A DNA stretch of 64,000 nucleotides. It comes from Pseudomonadota bacterium (lineage in GTDB: Bacteria; Pseudomonadota; Gammaproteobacteria; GCA-002705445; GCA-002716945). Positions 48,930-59,190 of the stretch are shown here, one piece after another. The notes beneath the pieces were generated by a model. That model had not been told where the DNA came from. It searched no databases and worked only from the letters and a program-made list of their open reading frames with translations. Each line of letters opens with the position of its first letter. Positions within the stretch are counted from its first letter, which is position 1. The DNA lies in contig JAYZYL010000001.1 in assembly GCA_036140295.1 (NCBI GenBank), forward strand, positions 14,163-78,162, in the 5' to 3' direction. The translations under genes were made by a program, and so were the position numbers.

Positions 48930-50105
48930 TTAGCTTGTATAAGCTGAATTTAGACGTACATATTCTTTGCTCAGATCAGATGTAATGAGATCATAAGATC
49001 CCTTTCCTGAGCAAAGATCTAAAAATATTTCAATATTTTTATTTTGCATTGATTTCTTAAGTGAAGAAGAGTTGTAATTTGCTGCAGGAGTCCCATTTTT
49101 AAACAGGGTATACCCATTTAGCTTTAATATAATTTTTTCAATGCTGTAGGATGTATGATAAATTGACCCTAATTTTACTAATATTCTTCCCCAATTTGGA
49201 TCTGAGCCATGTATAGCGGTTTTAATTAATTGGGAATTAGCAATTGCTGTTGCAATAATCTTTGCTTCCTTACTATTTTTTGCATTCATAACGTTTATGT
49301 AGATGCTTTTTGTTGATCCTTCCCCATCACTAATAATTTTTTTAGATAAATCTTGAGTAACTTTAAGAATATTTTTTTCTAGCTGCTTGTATGCTTGTTT
49401 ATTCCTATTAAAATCAATTCCATCAATTTCTCCAGATGCAATCAAAACAACACTATCATTTGTAGACATATCGCCATCAACTGAAATCCTATTAAAAGAT
49501 CTATCTGAAATACTTTTTAATAGTTTTGATAATAAGTTTTGTTTAATCTGAACATTAATTTCTATGAAAGAAAGCATAGTTGCCATATTAGGCTCTATCA
49601 TTCCGGCCCCTTTGCATATTGCAATAATTCTTATTGTTTTCGTTCCTATCTTAAAGGTTTTTTTAATAATTTTTTCAGATTTATCTGTAGTCATTATTGC
49701 TCTAGCAGCATCAGACCAAGATGAATTGAATTTGAAGATTTTCTTTTCAATACAGTTTAAAATCTTATTTATCGGTAATTGTTCCCCTACCACACCAGTC
49801 GAAAAAACCAAAACTTCACTTTCTTTGCAATTAAATTTCTTTGAAATTTTTTGACAGCATTTTTTTGCATTTTTCATTCCCAAGGACCCAGTGCAAGCAT
49901 TAGCATTTCCTGAATTAATGAGTAAGTATTTTGTTTTGCTATTTTTTATATGTTTCTTTGAGAGTTGAACTGGAGCTGCTGCAAATTTATTTTTTGTCGT
50001 GACAAGTGAAATGTTAGATTTTTCAGATAATTTCATGCATACAGCATCTTTTTTACTTTTCTTTATTCCTATTTTAAATGATTCAATTAATGTGCAAGAT
50101 TTCAT
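48930..50105 (-). CDS. argJ: Bifunctional glutamate N-acetyltransferase / amino-acid acetyltransferase ArgJ
   Basis: NSGNANACTG, STGVVG, KGAGMIEPNMATML, DGDMSTND, DGEG, DPNWGR. Confidence 0.96.
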   Translation of the reverse strand: MKSCTLIESFKIGIKKSKKDAVCMKLSEKSNISLVTTKNKFAAAPVQLSKKHIKNSKTKYLLINSGNANACTGSLGMKNAKKCCQKISKKFNCKESEVLVFSTGVVGEQLPINKILNCIEKKIFKFNSSWSDAARAIMTTDKSEKIIKKTFKIGTKTIRIIAICKGAGMIEPNMATMLSFIEINVQIKQNLLSKLLKSISDRSFNRISVDGDMSTNDSVVLIASGEIDGIDFNRNKQAYKQLEKNILKVTQDLSKKIISDGEGSTKSIYINVMNAKNSKEAKIIATAIANSQLIKTAIHGSDPNWGRILVKLGSIYHTSYSIEKIILKLNGYTLFKNGTPAANYNSSSLKKSMQNKNIEIFLDLCSGKGSYDLITSDLSKEYVRLNSAYTS

Positions 50106-50107
50106 TT

Positions 50108-52732
50108 TTACAATTTACCACAACATTGTTTAAATTTCTTGTTTGTAACTGGACATTTTTTATTTCTTGGTACAGGACCTGAGGCTGAATTTAATAAACA
50201 TTTTGGATCTTCAGATTTTTTAAATTCTACAATCTCTGGCTTATTAGAATCTTCTTGCTGTTGATTTTTAATGTTAATCCTACATAAAATTTTTATAATT
50301 TCATGATTATTAATTAGCAGCATTTCCTCAAACATTTCAAATGATTCTCTCTTATATTCATTTTTTGGATTTTTTTGTGCATAGCCTCTTAAGCCAATCC
50401 CCTGTCTTAAATAATCCATGGCGCTCAAATGTAATCTCCAATCTTCATCAATTATATTTAGAATTATATTTTTTATTAGCTCAATCCTTTCCTCAATATT
50501 CAAAACTGAAAGATTAGATTCTAATTTTTTACTTACTTCCTCTCTAATATAAGTGGTGATTTCTTCCAGTGGATTATCCTCAAATGAATCTATCATTTTT
50601 TCACAATTAGTTTCTAAATGAAATTCTTCGTTTGTGTATGAATCTATTTCCTTTGGATCCCATTGGTTTGCTGGCAAATCTTCAGGTAAAAATTTACTAA
50701 CAATATTCTCAACCTCAAACTTAAGAATATTCTGGAGTATTGTGGGTATATCTTTCGAAAGAAGTACATCATTACGTTGGTTATAAATAACTTTTCTTTG
50801 TTCATTTGCAATATCATCATATTCTAATAGGGTTTTTCTAATATCAAAGTTGTGTGCTTCTACTCTTTTTTGTGCATTTTCTATAGATCTTGCAACCCAT
50901 TTATGCTCAATAGCTTCTCCTTCTTGCATCCCAAGTTTTTTCATTATTTCGCTAACTTTTTCTGAGGCAAAAATTCTCATGAGATTATCTTCTAGTGATA
51001 GATAAAATCTTGATTTCCCTTGATCTCCTTGGCGTCCTGCACGACCCCTGAGTTGATTGTCAACTCTTCTTGATTCATGTCTTTCTGTCCCTATAATATA
51101 TAGACCACCTAATTCTTTGACCTTTTTATGATTTTTATCCCATTCATTTTTTAGTTCTTCAAAATTTTTGGGGTTAAGTTTATCAGAATTAAATAAATAA
51201 TTGCCTCCTAAAACAATATCAGTTCCTCTTCCAGCCATATTAGTAGCTATTGTTATTGTATTTAACTTTCCAGCTTGAGCAATTATTTCTGCTTCCTTTT
51301 GATGATATTTTGCATTTAATACAGAATGTGTCAAATTCTTTGCTTTTAATAATTTTGATAGGTACTCAGAGGATTCAATTGAAGTTGTACCAACAAGTAT
51401 AGGTTGTCCTAATTTATTAATTTTTATAATTTCATCTACAATCGCATTAAATTTCTCTTTCGCTGATATAAAAACCAAATCAACTTCATCTTTTCTAATC
51501 ATTTTCTCATGAGTAGGGATAACCACAACTTCTAATCCATAAATTTGTTGAAATTCAACAGCCTCAGTATCTGCCGTTCCAGTCATGCCTGATATTTTCT
51601 TAAATAATCTGAAATAATTTTGAAAAGTGATTGATGCAAATGTTTGACTTTCGTTTTGAATTTTAACTTTTTCTTTTGCCTCAATTGATTGATGTAAACC
51701 CTCAGACCATCTCCTTCCCGGCATTTTTCTTCCTGAAAATTCATCTATAATTATTATTTGATTATCTTCCACAACATAATCAATATCCTTCTTGTAGATA
51801 AGATTTGCCTTAAGTGCTGAATCAACATAATGATGTAACTGGATGTTTTTGGGATCATAAAGGCTTCCTTTGCTTTTTATTAATTTGTTTTCTAATAAAA
51901 GTTTTTCAACTTCACTATGTCCATCTTCAGTTAGTGATGCATTTTTTTGTTTCTCATCAATTTTATACAAAGATTCTTTTTTACTATTATTTATTAATAG
52001 GTTTATTATTTTATTAATTTGAATATAAAGGGCACCGCTTTCAGATGCAGAACCCGAAATAACTAATGGTGTCCTTGCTTCATCAATTAATACAGAATCA
52101 ACTTCATCAATAATTGCATAAGACATATCGCCTTGTACTTTATCTTTATTGCTATAAACCATGTTATCTCTTAAATAATCAAAACCAAATTCATTATTTG
52201 TTCCATATACAATATCTCTTGAATACATTTCTTTTTTCTCAGAGGGCTCTAGAGTTCCTGAAATTGTACCAACGGACAATCCAAGAAAGGTAAAAATTTT
52301 TTCCATCCAAATTGCATCACGTTGAGCAAGATAGTCGTTCACAGTCACAATAAACACTGATTTAGTTGTTAGAGCATTTAGATATGCTGGTAATGTAGCA
52401 ACTAATGTTTTTCCTTCTCCTGTTTTCATTTCAGCTATTTTTCCTTCATGCAAAGCAATTCCGCCAAGTAGCTGCTCATCAAAATGTCTTAAGCCAAGAG
52501 AACGTCTAGAGGCCTCGCGAACAATTGCAAAGGCTTCAGGTAATAAATTATCAAGATTATTTGAAGATTTATACAGATTCCTTAATCTATCCGTTTCCCC
52601 TGGAAAATCATTGTCATTTAGGGAACTATACTTCTTTTCTAGTCCATTTATTGTTTCTACCAAAGGTTGGTATTTTTTAAGTAATCTACTATTACTCGTT
52701 CCAAGTAAACTTTTTAATATTTGTGGTATCAT
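50108..52732 (-). CDS. secA: Preprotein translocase subunit SecA
   Basis: EMKTGEGKT, DEVDSVLIDEARTPL, TNMAGRGTDI, RGRAGRQGD; atypical C-terminal Cys motif. Confidence 0.98.
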   Translation of the reverse strand: MIPQILKSLLGTSNSRLLKKYQPLVETINGLEKKYSSLNDNDFPGETDRLRNLYKSSNNLDNLLPEAFAIVREASRRSLGLRHFDEQLLGGIALHEGKIAEMKTGEGKTLVATLPAYLNALTTKSVFIVTVNDYLAQRDAIWMEKIFTFLGLSVGTISGTLEPSEKKEMYSRDIVYGTNNEFGFDYLRDNMVYSNKDKVQGDMSYAIIDEVDSVLIDEARTPLVISGSASESGALYIQINKIINLLINNSKKESLYKIDEKQKNASLTEDGHSEVEKLLLENKLIKSKGSLYDPKNIQLHHYVDSALKANLIYKKDIDYVVEDNQIIIIDEFSGRKMPGRRWSEGLHQSIEAKEKVKIQNESQTFASITFQNYFRLFKKISGMTGTADTEAVEFQQIYGLEVVVIPTHEKMIRKDEVDLVFISAKEKFNAIVDEIIKINKLGQPILVGTTSIESSEYLSKLLKAKNLTHSVLNAKYHQKEAEIIAQAGKLNTITIATNMAGRGTDIVLGGNYLFNSDKLNPKNFEELKNEWDKNHKKVKELGGLYIIGTERHESRRVDNQLRGRAGRQGDQGKSRFYLSLEDNLMRIFASEKVSEIMKKLGMQEGEAIEHKWVARSIENAQKRVEAHNFDIRKTLLEYDDIANEQRKVIYNQRNDVLLSKDIPTILQNILKFEVENIVSKFLPEDLPANQWDPKEIDSYTNEEFHLETNCEKMIDSFEDNPLEEITTYIREEVSKKLESNLSVLNIEERIELIKNIILNIIDEDWRLHLSAMDYLRQGIGLRGYAQKNPKNEYKRESFEMFEEMLLINNHEIIKILCRINIKNQQQEDSNKPEIVEFKKSEDPKCLLNSASGPVPRNKKCPVTNKKFKQCCGKL

Positions 52733-52810
52733 TTAAGTATTGATATAAACATATTTTAACATAATCAAAAACCTATAGGTTGGTCAATAATATAACAATT
52801 TTGAGTTTTT

Positions 52811-53080
52811 ATGAAAAAAATTTCATCATTTTTACCTGATAATGTAATTAATAAAAATTTGCTAATAACCAAGTTGAATGAGTTTGTGGCTATCAATTTT
52901 CCTAATATGTCTGTTGACAATATTAAAGTTGTCAATATAAAAGATGGTACCGTTATAATTGGATGCAAAAATAGTTCTCTAGCTACAATTCTTAAGTTTG
53001 AAAAAAATAAATATTTGGAAGTTTTAAAAAATAATAAATTTTTAGAAATTACTGATCTAAAAATAATTGTGGACAGTTAG
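52811..53080 (+). CDS. DUF721 / DciA family protein
   Basis: Small ORF divergent from secA and convergent on lpxC (usual position); G-x-V-x-I-x-C-x-NSS-x-A-x2-L-x-F pattern. Confidence 0.65.
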   Translation: MKKISSFLPDNVINKNLLITKLNEFVAINFPNMSVDNIKVVNIKDGTVIIGCKNSSLATILKFEKNKYLEVLKNNKFLEITDLKIIVDS

Positions 53081-53988
53081 GTTCTTACTTCTATAGGTTT
53101 AGTATAAAAAATTGGAGCATTCTTTTCGTTTTCAATTATAAATTCTTCCCATGCCTCAGAATTATTAATTAACTCTCTTAGTAATAAATTGTTCAGGTGA
53201 TGGCCGGATTTATATGCAGAAAACGATCCTATAATACCATGTCCTAATAAATAAAGATCCCCTATCGCATCTAAAATTTTATGTTTTACAAATTCATCTT
53301 CAAATCTCAACCCCTCTTCATTAATCACTCTGTAATCATCAATTACAATTGCATTATTTACACTACCCCCGAGAGCAAGGTTATTTTTTCTTAAAATTTC
53401 AATATCTTTTGAAAAACCAAAAGTTCTAGCTCTGCTCACTTGGCTTAAATATGAAACAGTTGAAAAATCTATTTCAGATGATTGGGACGTCTCTGTAAAA
53501 GACGGATGATTAAAATCAATAGTAAATGCTACTTTAAAACCATTAAAGGGTTCAATTTTTGCCCACTTCCCATCTTGTTCTACTTTGACGGTTTTTTTTA
53601 TCCTAATAAATCGTTTTGGAGAATTTTGCTCTTGTATTCCTGCTGATTGAATCATAAAAACAAAAGGTCTTGCGCTACCATCCATGATAGGCACTTCAGG
53701 GCCATCTAATTCAACAAGTGAATTATCAATTCCTAATCCTGCCATTGCCGACAAGAGATGTTCCACGGTAGAAATTTGAATAACCTTGTTTGATAAGGTT
53801 GTTGATAGTCGGGTATCATGAACATTTTCTAGTGATGCTTTGATAGGTTCACTGTCAACATCGGTTCTTGTAAATGTTATTCCTGAATTTATTGGAGCAG
53901 GTTTAAGAGTAAGGTTTATTTTTTCACCAGTATGGAGCCCTACCCCTGTAGCCTTGATTTCTTTTGAAAGTGTACGCTGCTTTATCAT
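53077..53988 (-). CDS. lpxC: UDP-3-O-acyl-N-acetylglucosamine deacetylase
   Basis: [45 protein letters not shown]. Confidence 0.98.
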   Translation of the reverse strand: MIKQRTLSKEIKATGVGLHTGEKINLTLKPAPINSGITFTRTDVDSEPIKASLENVHDTRLSTTLSNKVIQISTVEHLLSAMAGLGIDNSLVELDGPEVPIMDGSARPFVFMIQSAGIQEQNSPKRFIRIKKTVKVEQDGKWAKIEPFNGFKVAFTIDFNHPSFTETSQSSEIDFSTVSYLSQVSRARTFGFSKDIEILRKNNLALGGSVNNAIVIDDYRVINEEGLRFEDEFVKHKILDAIGDLYLLGHGIIGSFSAYKSGHHLNNLLLRELINNSEAWEEFIIENEKNAPIFYTKPIEVRT

Positions 53989-54008
53989 TTTTCTAATATG
54001 CTTATGGA

Positions 54009-54037
54009 ATTATATGTTTTTTCTCTAAATTTGTTAA
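54009..54037 (-). promoter_or_regulatory. Sigma70-like promoter TTAACA-N17-TATAAT for lpxC
   Basis: -35 at 54032-54037, -10 at 54009-54014, in the 101-bp ftsA-lpxC gap. Confidence 0.6.
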
Positions 54038-54089
54038 GAAAAACGTCATATTTATAAATATACCCCATATATAGGACAAGATTTACTAG

Positions 54090-55340
54090 TTAAAGTTCTT
54101 TCTGAAAATAGGTTGATAATCTAGCCCAAAATTTGTGCAAAAAGACTAAAATGGGATTATCGGATCTATCTATATCTGGAAAATCTTCTAACTTACTTTC
54201 TCTATACAATAATAGTCCAACAGCAGTAGAACATCTTGTTTTTCCTGTTACATTACCAATACCTTTGATATCTGCAGGGGCTCCTATCCTAGCTGGACAT
54301 GAAAACTTTTCTTCAGCATATTCATCTAACCCAGATAGTCTAGCTCCTCCTCCAGTAAAAACAATTCCTGATCTAATTTTATTTGAATATCCACTATTCT
54401 CTATTTCTTCCCCTATCCTTTCAAAAATTTCATCAATACGACACGAGATTATGTGCGTTAATCCAGTTTTTCTGATTTCGGTATCAGGTTTTTCTGAAAT
54501 TGATGGAATTAAAATCATTTTTTCTTCATCTTCAGGTTTGTTTGTCAGTGATCCGTGTTGAATTTTTATTTCTTCTGCAGCATCAGTTGATGTACGTAAT
54601 CCTATCTTTATATCATTCGTAATCATCTGGCCAGCAATAGGTATAACAGCAGTATGTTTAATTCCTCCATCAGTAAAAACTGCAACATCAGTAGTTCCTC
54701 CTCCAATGTCAACTAAACAAACTCCAAGTGAACGCTCTTCCTCTGACAAGACAGAAAAGCTAGATGCAACCGGCTCTAATACAAAATGATCAATCTCAAG
54801 TAAACTATTTTCAATACATTTAGTCAAATTCTTCTTAGCTGTTGACGAAGAAGTAATGATGTGCACATTTACCTCAAGTCTTGCACCAGCCATGCCTATT
54901 GGCTCTCTTATTCCTAGCTGCCCGTCAATCGTATAATACTGTGGTATTACATGGAGTATCTCTTGGTCACTAGGAATCTGAATATTTTGTGCATTTTGAA
55001 TTACTGTTTCTTTATCATCTTCTGTTACTTCATCATTAACAATATTTATTGCTGCATTTCCACTAAAACACTGTATATGACTTCCGGCAATTCCGGTTGT
55101 CACACTTTTAACGGCAAATCCTGAGTTTCCTCTTGCTAAACTAACAGCCCTCCTGATACTTGAAACTGTTGTTTCAATTTCTGATATAACCCCTCTTTCT
55201 AATCCATCGCAAGGACTTTCTCCCATACCAATAATTCTAAGATCTCCATCATCATCATAATCAGCAACAAGGCAGAGAATTTTTGTTGTTCCTACATCTA
55301 GCCCAACAATAATAGCCTTATTTTTATCAGAATTGCTCAT
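54090..55340 (-). CDS. ftsA: Cell division protein FtsA
   Basis: GLDVGTTKI, GVCLVDIGGGTTD, GIVFTGGG, C-terminal amphipathic helix (FWARLSTYF). Confidence 0.97.
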   Translation of the reverse strand: MSNSDKNKAIIVGLDVGTTKILCLVADYDDDGDLRIIGMGESPCDGLERGVISEIETTVSSIRRAVSLARGNSGFAVKSVTTGIAGSHIQCFSGNAAINIVNDEVTEDDKETVIQNAQNIQIPSDQEILHVIPQYYTIDGQLGIREPIGMAGARLEVNVHIITSSSTAKKNLTKCIENSLLEIDHFVLEPVASSFSVLSEEERSLGVCLVDIGGGTTDVAVFTDGGIKHTAVIPIAGQMITNDIKIGLRTSTDAAEEIKIQHGSLTNKPEDEEKMILIPSISEKPDTEIRKTGLTHIISCRIDEIFERIGEEIENSGYSNKIRSGIVFTGGGARLSGLDEYAEEKFSCPARIGAPADIKGIGNVTGKTRCSTAVGLLLYRESKLEDFPDIDRSDNPILVFLHKFWARLSTYFQKEL

Positions 55341-55369
55341 TGTATCTATATTTTATCACTATTACTTAT

Positions 55370-56029
55370 TTAATGAACAGCAAAACCAGTTGAGTATCGA
55401 AGATCAATAACTTTTATGTTTTTTTTAGCAAGAATACTAAATTGCTCATAAATACTTATAAATTCATTAAACTTTTCAGGATAATTAGAATAACGTACTA
55501 AGAGTTTATACCTATTTGTGTCAACTTGAAGCATGTCGCCAGCATGCGATATTGTCTGTACGCTTAAGCCAATTTCCTTTAGCAGATCCGAGATATCGGT
55601 ATAAAGATCATATATTTCTTTAGAGCTACTTTTACTACTCCTTATCGAAGGGAGGGTTATATCAATTTTACTCTTTACTTCAAATTTTTCACCCTTATCA
55701 TCAATATAGAATTTTTCATTCCATAGTAATAGTGGTTTATATTCAAATAATTCAATAGCTAAAATATCTGGGAATTCACGCATTATAAGTGAATTTTTGA
55801 TCCAATCATTTTGTTCAACATTTTTCTTTATTTCTATTAGATTAATAGTCATCAAATCTTTTCCAATAAATAAATTTAGATCTTTACGCAATTTATTTTC
55901 ATCAACATAAATAAATTCTCCCTTTAATTTAACTTCTTTAATTGGATAAGGTCCAATTAAATTTTTATAATTGAAGAAAAGGTAAATTATGCCTGTAATT
56001 ATTATTAAAAACTTTATCCTAGATTTCAT
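55370..56029 (-). CDS. ftsQ: Cell division protein FtsQ/DivIB
   Basis: Single TM, POTRA (WIK-x4-REFPD-x-L-x-I), C-terminal IDLRYSTGFAV; between ddl and ftsA. Confidence 0.9.
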   Translation of the reverse strand: MKSRIKFLIIITGIIYLFFNYKNLIGPYPIKEVKLKGEFIYVDENKLRKDLNLFIGKDLMTINLIEIKKNVEQNDWIKNSLIMREFPDILAIELFEYKPLLLWNEKFYIDDKGEKFEVKSKIDITLPSIRSSKSSSKEIYDLYTDISDLLKEIGLSVQTISHAGDMLQVDTNRYKLLVRYSNYPEKFNEFISIYEQFSILAKKNIKVIDLRYSTGFAVH

Positions 56030-56934
56030 GAATGGGATAATATTATTTCTAATAATTTAATAAGTTTAAGTTCATTTTTCTCTGCTGACATTGGCACAAG
56101 ACTATGGCTGGTCATACCAGGTATCGAGTTAACTTCAATAAGTTGAATAATTTTATTTTCATCAATAAAAAAATCAACTCTTCCCCACCCCTTACATCCA
56201 AGCGAAAAAAATGCTTTTTTCATCAATTTATTTATAGAAGTCAAAAGATTTTTATCAAATTCTGGAAAAGTAAAAACTGTATCTTCATCAATGTATTTTG
56301 CATTATAATCATAGAATTCTCTTTTTGTATTAATTTTTATGATGGGAAATACGTCTTCCCCTATAATTGGTGCAGTATATTCTTCTCCTGTTACTAGTTT
56401 CTCAGCAAAATAATTATTTAAATTTTTTATATTTTTAATATATTCATTATATTCAGTTTCAGACTTAATTATTTTAATTTCAACACTTGATCCTCCCTTA
56501 ACTGGCTTAACAACAAAAGGCAAACCTACATGGTTTCTTATTTTAGAATATGGTTTATTGAGTAAAATGAAGCTTGGGGTTGATAGATTATCTAAACTCC
56601 ATATTTCTTTGGTAGAAATTTTATCAAATGATATTTTTGAAGACTCAGCATCAGATCCAACATATTTAATGTTTATTTTATCAAGGTATGATTGGATAAG
56701 GCCATCCTCACCACCTTTCCCATGTATTAAATTAAAAATGATATCAATTGAATTTAGGTTAATAAAATTATTTAAAGTTTTCTCATCATCTTTGTCTAAA
56801 TCTAAGAAAAAAGTATCAAAATTATTTTTTAAAAGACATTCATAAACATTCTTTCCGCTTAATAAAGAGATTTCTCTTTCAGAAGACCAGCCTCCACACA
56901 ATATTCCAATCTTTTTATTTTTTATATTATTCAC
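56026..56934 (-). CDS. ddl: D-alanine--D-alanine ligase
   Basis: GGWSSEREISL, HGKGGEDG, GSS, FYDYNAKY, GRVDF, EVNSIPGMT. Confidence 0.96.
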   Translation of the reverse strand: MNNIKNKKIGILCGGWSSEREISLLSGKNVYECLLKNNFDTFFLDLDKDDEKTLNNFINLNSIDIIFNLIHGKGGEDGLIQSYLDKINIKYVGSDAESSKISFDKISTKEIWSLDNLSTPSFILLNKPYSKIRNHVGLPFVVKPVKGGSSVEIKIIKSETEYNEYIKNIKNLNNYFAEKLVTGEEYTAPIIGEDVFPIIKINTKREFYDYNAKYIDEDTVFTFPEFDKNLLTSINKLMKKAFFSLGCKGWGRVDFFIDENKIIQLIEVNSIPGMTSHSLVPMSAEKNELKLIKLLEIILSHS

Positions 56935-57809
56935 TTTTTATTTAGGTGCAATTTCTTTCCAAATATATGAATTTCACAGTCAAGATTAACACCATGCTCT
57001 TTTTTAATTGTCTTTTTTACAAAAAATATTAGTTTCTCTAAATCATCACAAGTACCGGTTCCATCGTTAATAAAATAGTTTGAATGTTTTTTAGATATAT
57101 ATATTCCTCCTATTTTTTTTGTTTTGAGCCCAGATTTTTCTATGAGATAACTTGCAGAAATTTTTGAGTTAGGGTTTTTAAATATACAGCCAGATGAACG
57201 TTGATTCACAGGTTGAGTTGATTTTCTAGTAATAGCATAATCTAGAATTAAGTTTTTGTTGAATTTAATTTTAGAATCAACTGAAAACTCAGCTTCAACG
57301 AAATGTGATTTTCGATTAATATGGACTTTTCGATATAAGGTTGATATTTGTTTTCGATTGAATGATTTTATAACCCCATCGTTGCCAATAACTTTAAATG
57401 TACAAATTTTGTCCCAAATTGATTCACTGAAGGCGCCGGCATTCATTGCCATTGCACCTCCAATTGTCCCAGGTATTCCATGAAGAAATTCAAATCCACT
57501 AATTTTTTCTTTATGAAGAAATTTTGCAAATTTAGAACAGGAGACTCCAGCTCCAACATTTATTTTTTTATTATTTATGTTAATTGTATCTCTATGAAAT
57601 TTTCTTAAACTAATAATAACTCCATCATATCCACCATCCCTAAATGCAATATTAGATCCATTTCCAATAATCATAAATTTACTATCTGAAATAGTTAATA
57701 AAGTATTCTTTAATTCATTAATATTTTCAGGAAAACAAATTTTTTTTGCTCTGCCTCCAAGATGAATTGTAGTGTATCTTGATAGTTTTTCGTTTCGAAG
57801 AATTTCCAT
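56931..57809 (-). CDS. murB: UDP-N-acetylenolpyruvoylglucosamine reductase
   Basis: GNGSN, GIPGTIGGAMAMNAGA, QP-x5-SGCIFKNP, KHSNYFIN. Confidence 0.95.
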   Translation of the reverse strand: MEILRNEKLSRYTTIHLGGRAKKICFPENINELKNTLLTISDSKFMIIGNGSNIAFRDGGYDGVIISLRKFHRDTININNKKINVGAGVSCSKFAKFLHKEKISGFEFLHGIPGTIGGAMAMNAGAFSESIWDKICTFKVIGNDGVIKSFNRKQISTLYRKVHINRKSHFVEAEFSVDSKIKFNKNLILDYAITRKSTQPVNQRSSGCIFKNPNSKISASYLIEKSGLKTKKIGGIYISKKHSNYFINDGTGTCDDLEKLIFFVKKTIKKEHGVNLDCEIHIFGKKLHLNKK

Positions 57810-57810
57810 A

Positions 57811-59190
57811 TTATATTAACTTTATTAATTGTGAAATATTGCCAGCCCCTTGCACTAAAACTATATCCTTTTCTATAAAAAGAGATCTAATTTTTTCTGG
57901 AATCTTTGTTAAATCTTTAACATACTCACAATTTATTCCTTCCTCTCTCAATTTTTTGAATAAATAATAAGAGGTAAATTTAGTTTTTTTCTCACCCCCA
58001 GAATATGTTTCAGTAATTATAATTTTATCTATATTTGAAAAAACTTCTATAAATTGTTTTAAACAATTCTCAGTTCTACTAAATCTATGTGGTTGGAATA
58101 TCATAAGAATTTTTCTATCTTTCCAAATTTTTCTTATAGTATTCACTGTAAAATTAATTTCAGTAGGGTGGTGACCATAATCATTTATCAAAATATGTTT
58201 TCCTAATCTTGATTTAAATTTTCTATAAATATCAAATCTTCTAGAAATCCCTTCAAATTCTTTAATTGCTTTTATCACTTTTTTTATGGGTACCTTTAAA
58301 TATAATGAAACAGAAAAAGCAGCAAGTATATTTAAAATATTATGTTCTCCATATATTTTTGTTTTTATTTTGTGTGATGTATGATTATTATTAATCAAAA
58401 AATCCATTCCGTTTTCATGATAAATAATGTTTGAAGGATAATAATCATTATTTTTATCAAGACCAAAAGTGGTTATAGCTCTATTTACTTTTTTAAAAAT
58501 TGATTTAGTATTTTTGTCACCTCCGTTTAGAAAAACTCTTCCATAAAATGGAATATTGTTAATGTATGAAACATAGGCTTCTTTAAGATTCTCAAAGTTA
58601 TTTTCAAAATTATCCAAATGTTCATTATCAATATTAGTAACTACACCTAATTGTGGGTTTAAAAATAAAAAACTTGAATCGCTTTCATCTGCTTCTGCGA
58701 TAAGATATTTTCCATAACCTAGGCGTCCATGATTATTACTTGTTTTTAATTTTCCTCCAACAATATATGTTGGGTCTAAGTTAGTTTCGGCCAATATCCA
58801 ACTTATTAAGCTTGTTGTGGTACTTTTCCCATGTGATCCAGCAATAGCAATTCCATATTTAAACCTCATTAGTTCTGCTAGCATTTTTGCTCTAGGTATT
58901 GCAGTAATATTGTTTTGTTCTGCAAATTTTAGTTCAGGGTTATTTTTATTAATTGCATTTGAATACACAACTAAATCTACATTTTTAAGGTTAGAAATAT
59001 TATGCTTGGAATATATTTTAACGCCAAGGGATTTCAATCTTTTTGTTATGGTACTTTTTACTAAATCAGAGCCAGAAACTGAACATCCTAAATTTAATAA
59101 TACTTCGGCAATTCCGTACATGCCAGATCCACCAATTCCTATAAAATGAATTTTTGTCAGATTCTTGATTTGTTCAAAAGAATTATTCAT
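57811..59190 (-). CDS. murC: UDP-N-acetylmuramate--L-alanine ligase
   Basis: IHFIGIGGSGM, GSHGKSTT, EADESD, DYGHHPTE, FQPHRFSRT; start probably MNNSF at 59190 (track gives 59202). Confidence 0.96.
   Translation of the reverse strand: MNNSFEQIKNLTKIHFIGIGGSGMYGIAEVLLNLGCSVSGSDLVKSTITKRLKSLGVKIYSKHNISNLKNVDLVVYSNAINKNNPELKFAEQNNITAIPRAKMLAELMRFKYGIAIAGSHGKSTTTSLISWILAETNLDPTYIVGGKLKTSNNHGRLGYGKYLIAEADESDSSFLFLNPQLGVVTNIDNEHLDNFENNFENLKEAYVSYINNIPFYGRVFLNGGDKNTKSIFKKVNRAITTFGLDKNNDYYPSNIIYHENGMDFLINNNHTSHKIKTKIYGEHNILNILAAFSVSLYLKVPIKKVIKAIKEFEGISRRFDIYRKFKSRLGKHILINDYGHHPTEINFTVNTIRKIWKDRKILMIFQPHRFSRTENCLKQFIEVFSNIDKIIITETYSGGEKKTKFTSYYLFKKLREEGINCEYVKDLTKIPEKIRSLFIEKDIVLVQGAGNISQLIKLI

Noticed and set aside
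53989-54015. Minus-strand ATTCCATAAGCATATTAGAAAA loosely resembles codons for the FtsZ C-terminal peptide (IPAFLRK)
   Set aside because: It needs an indel and contains stops, overlaps the lpxC -10, and such similarity is easy to get by chance in AT-rich DNA.
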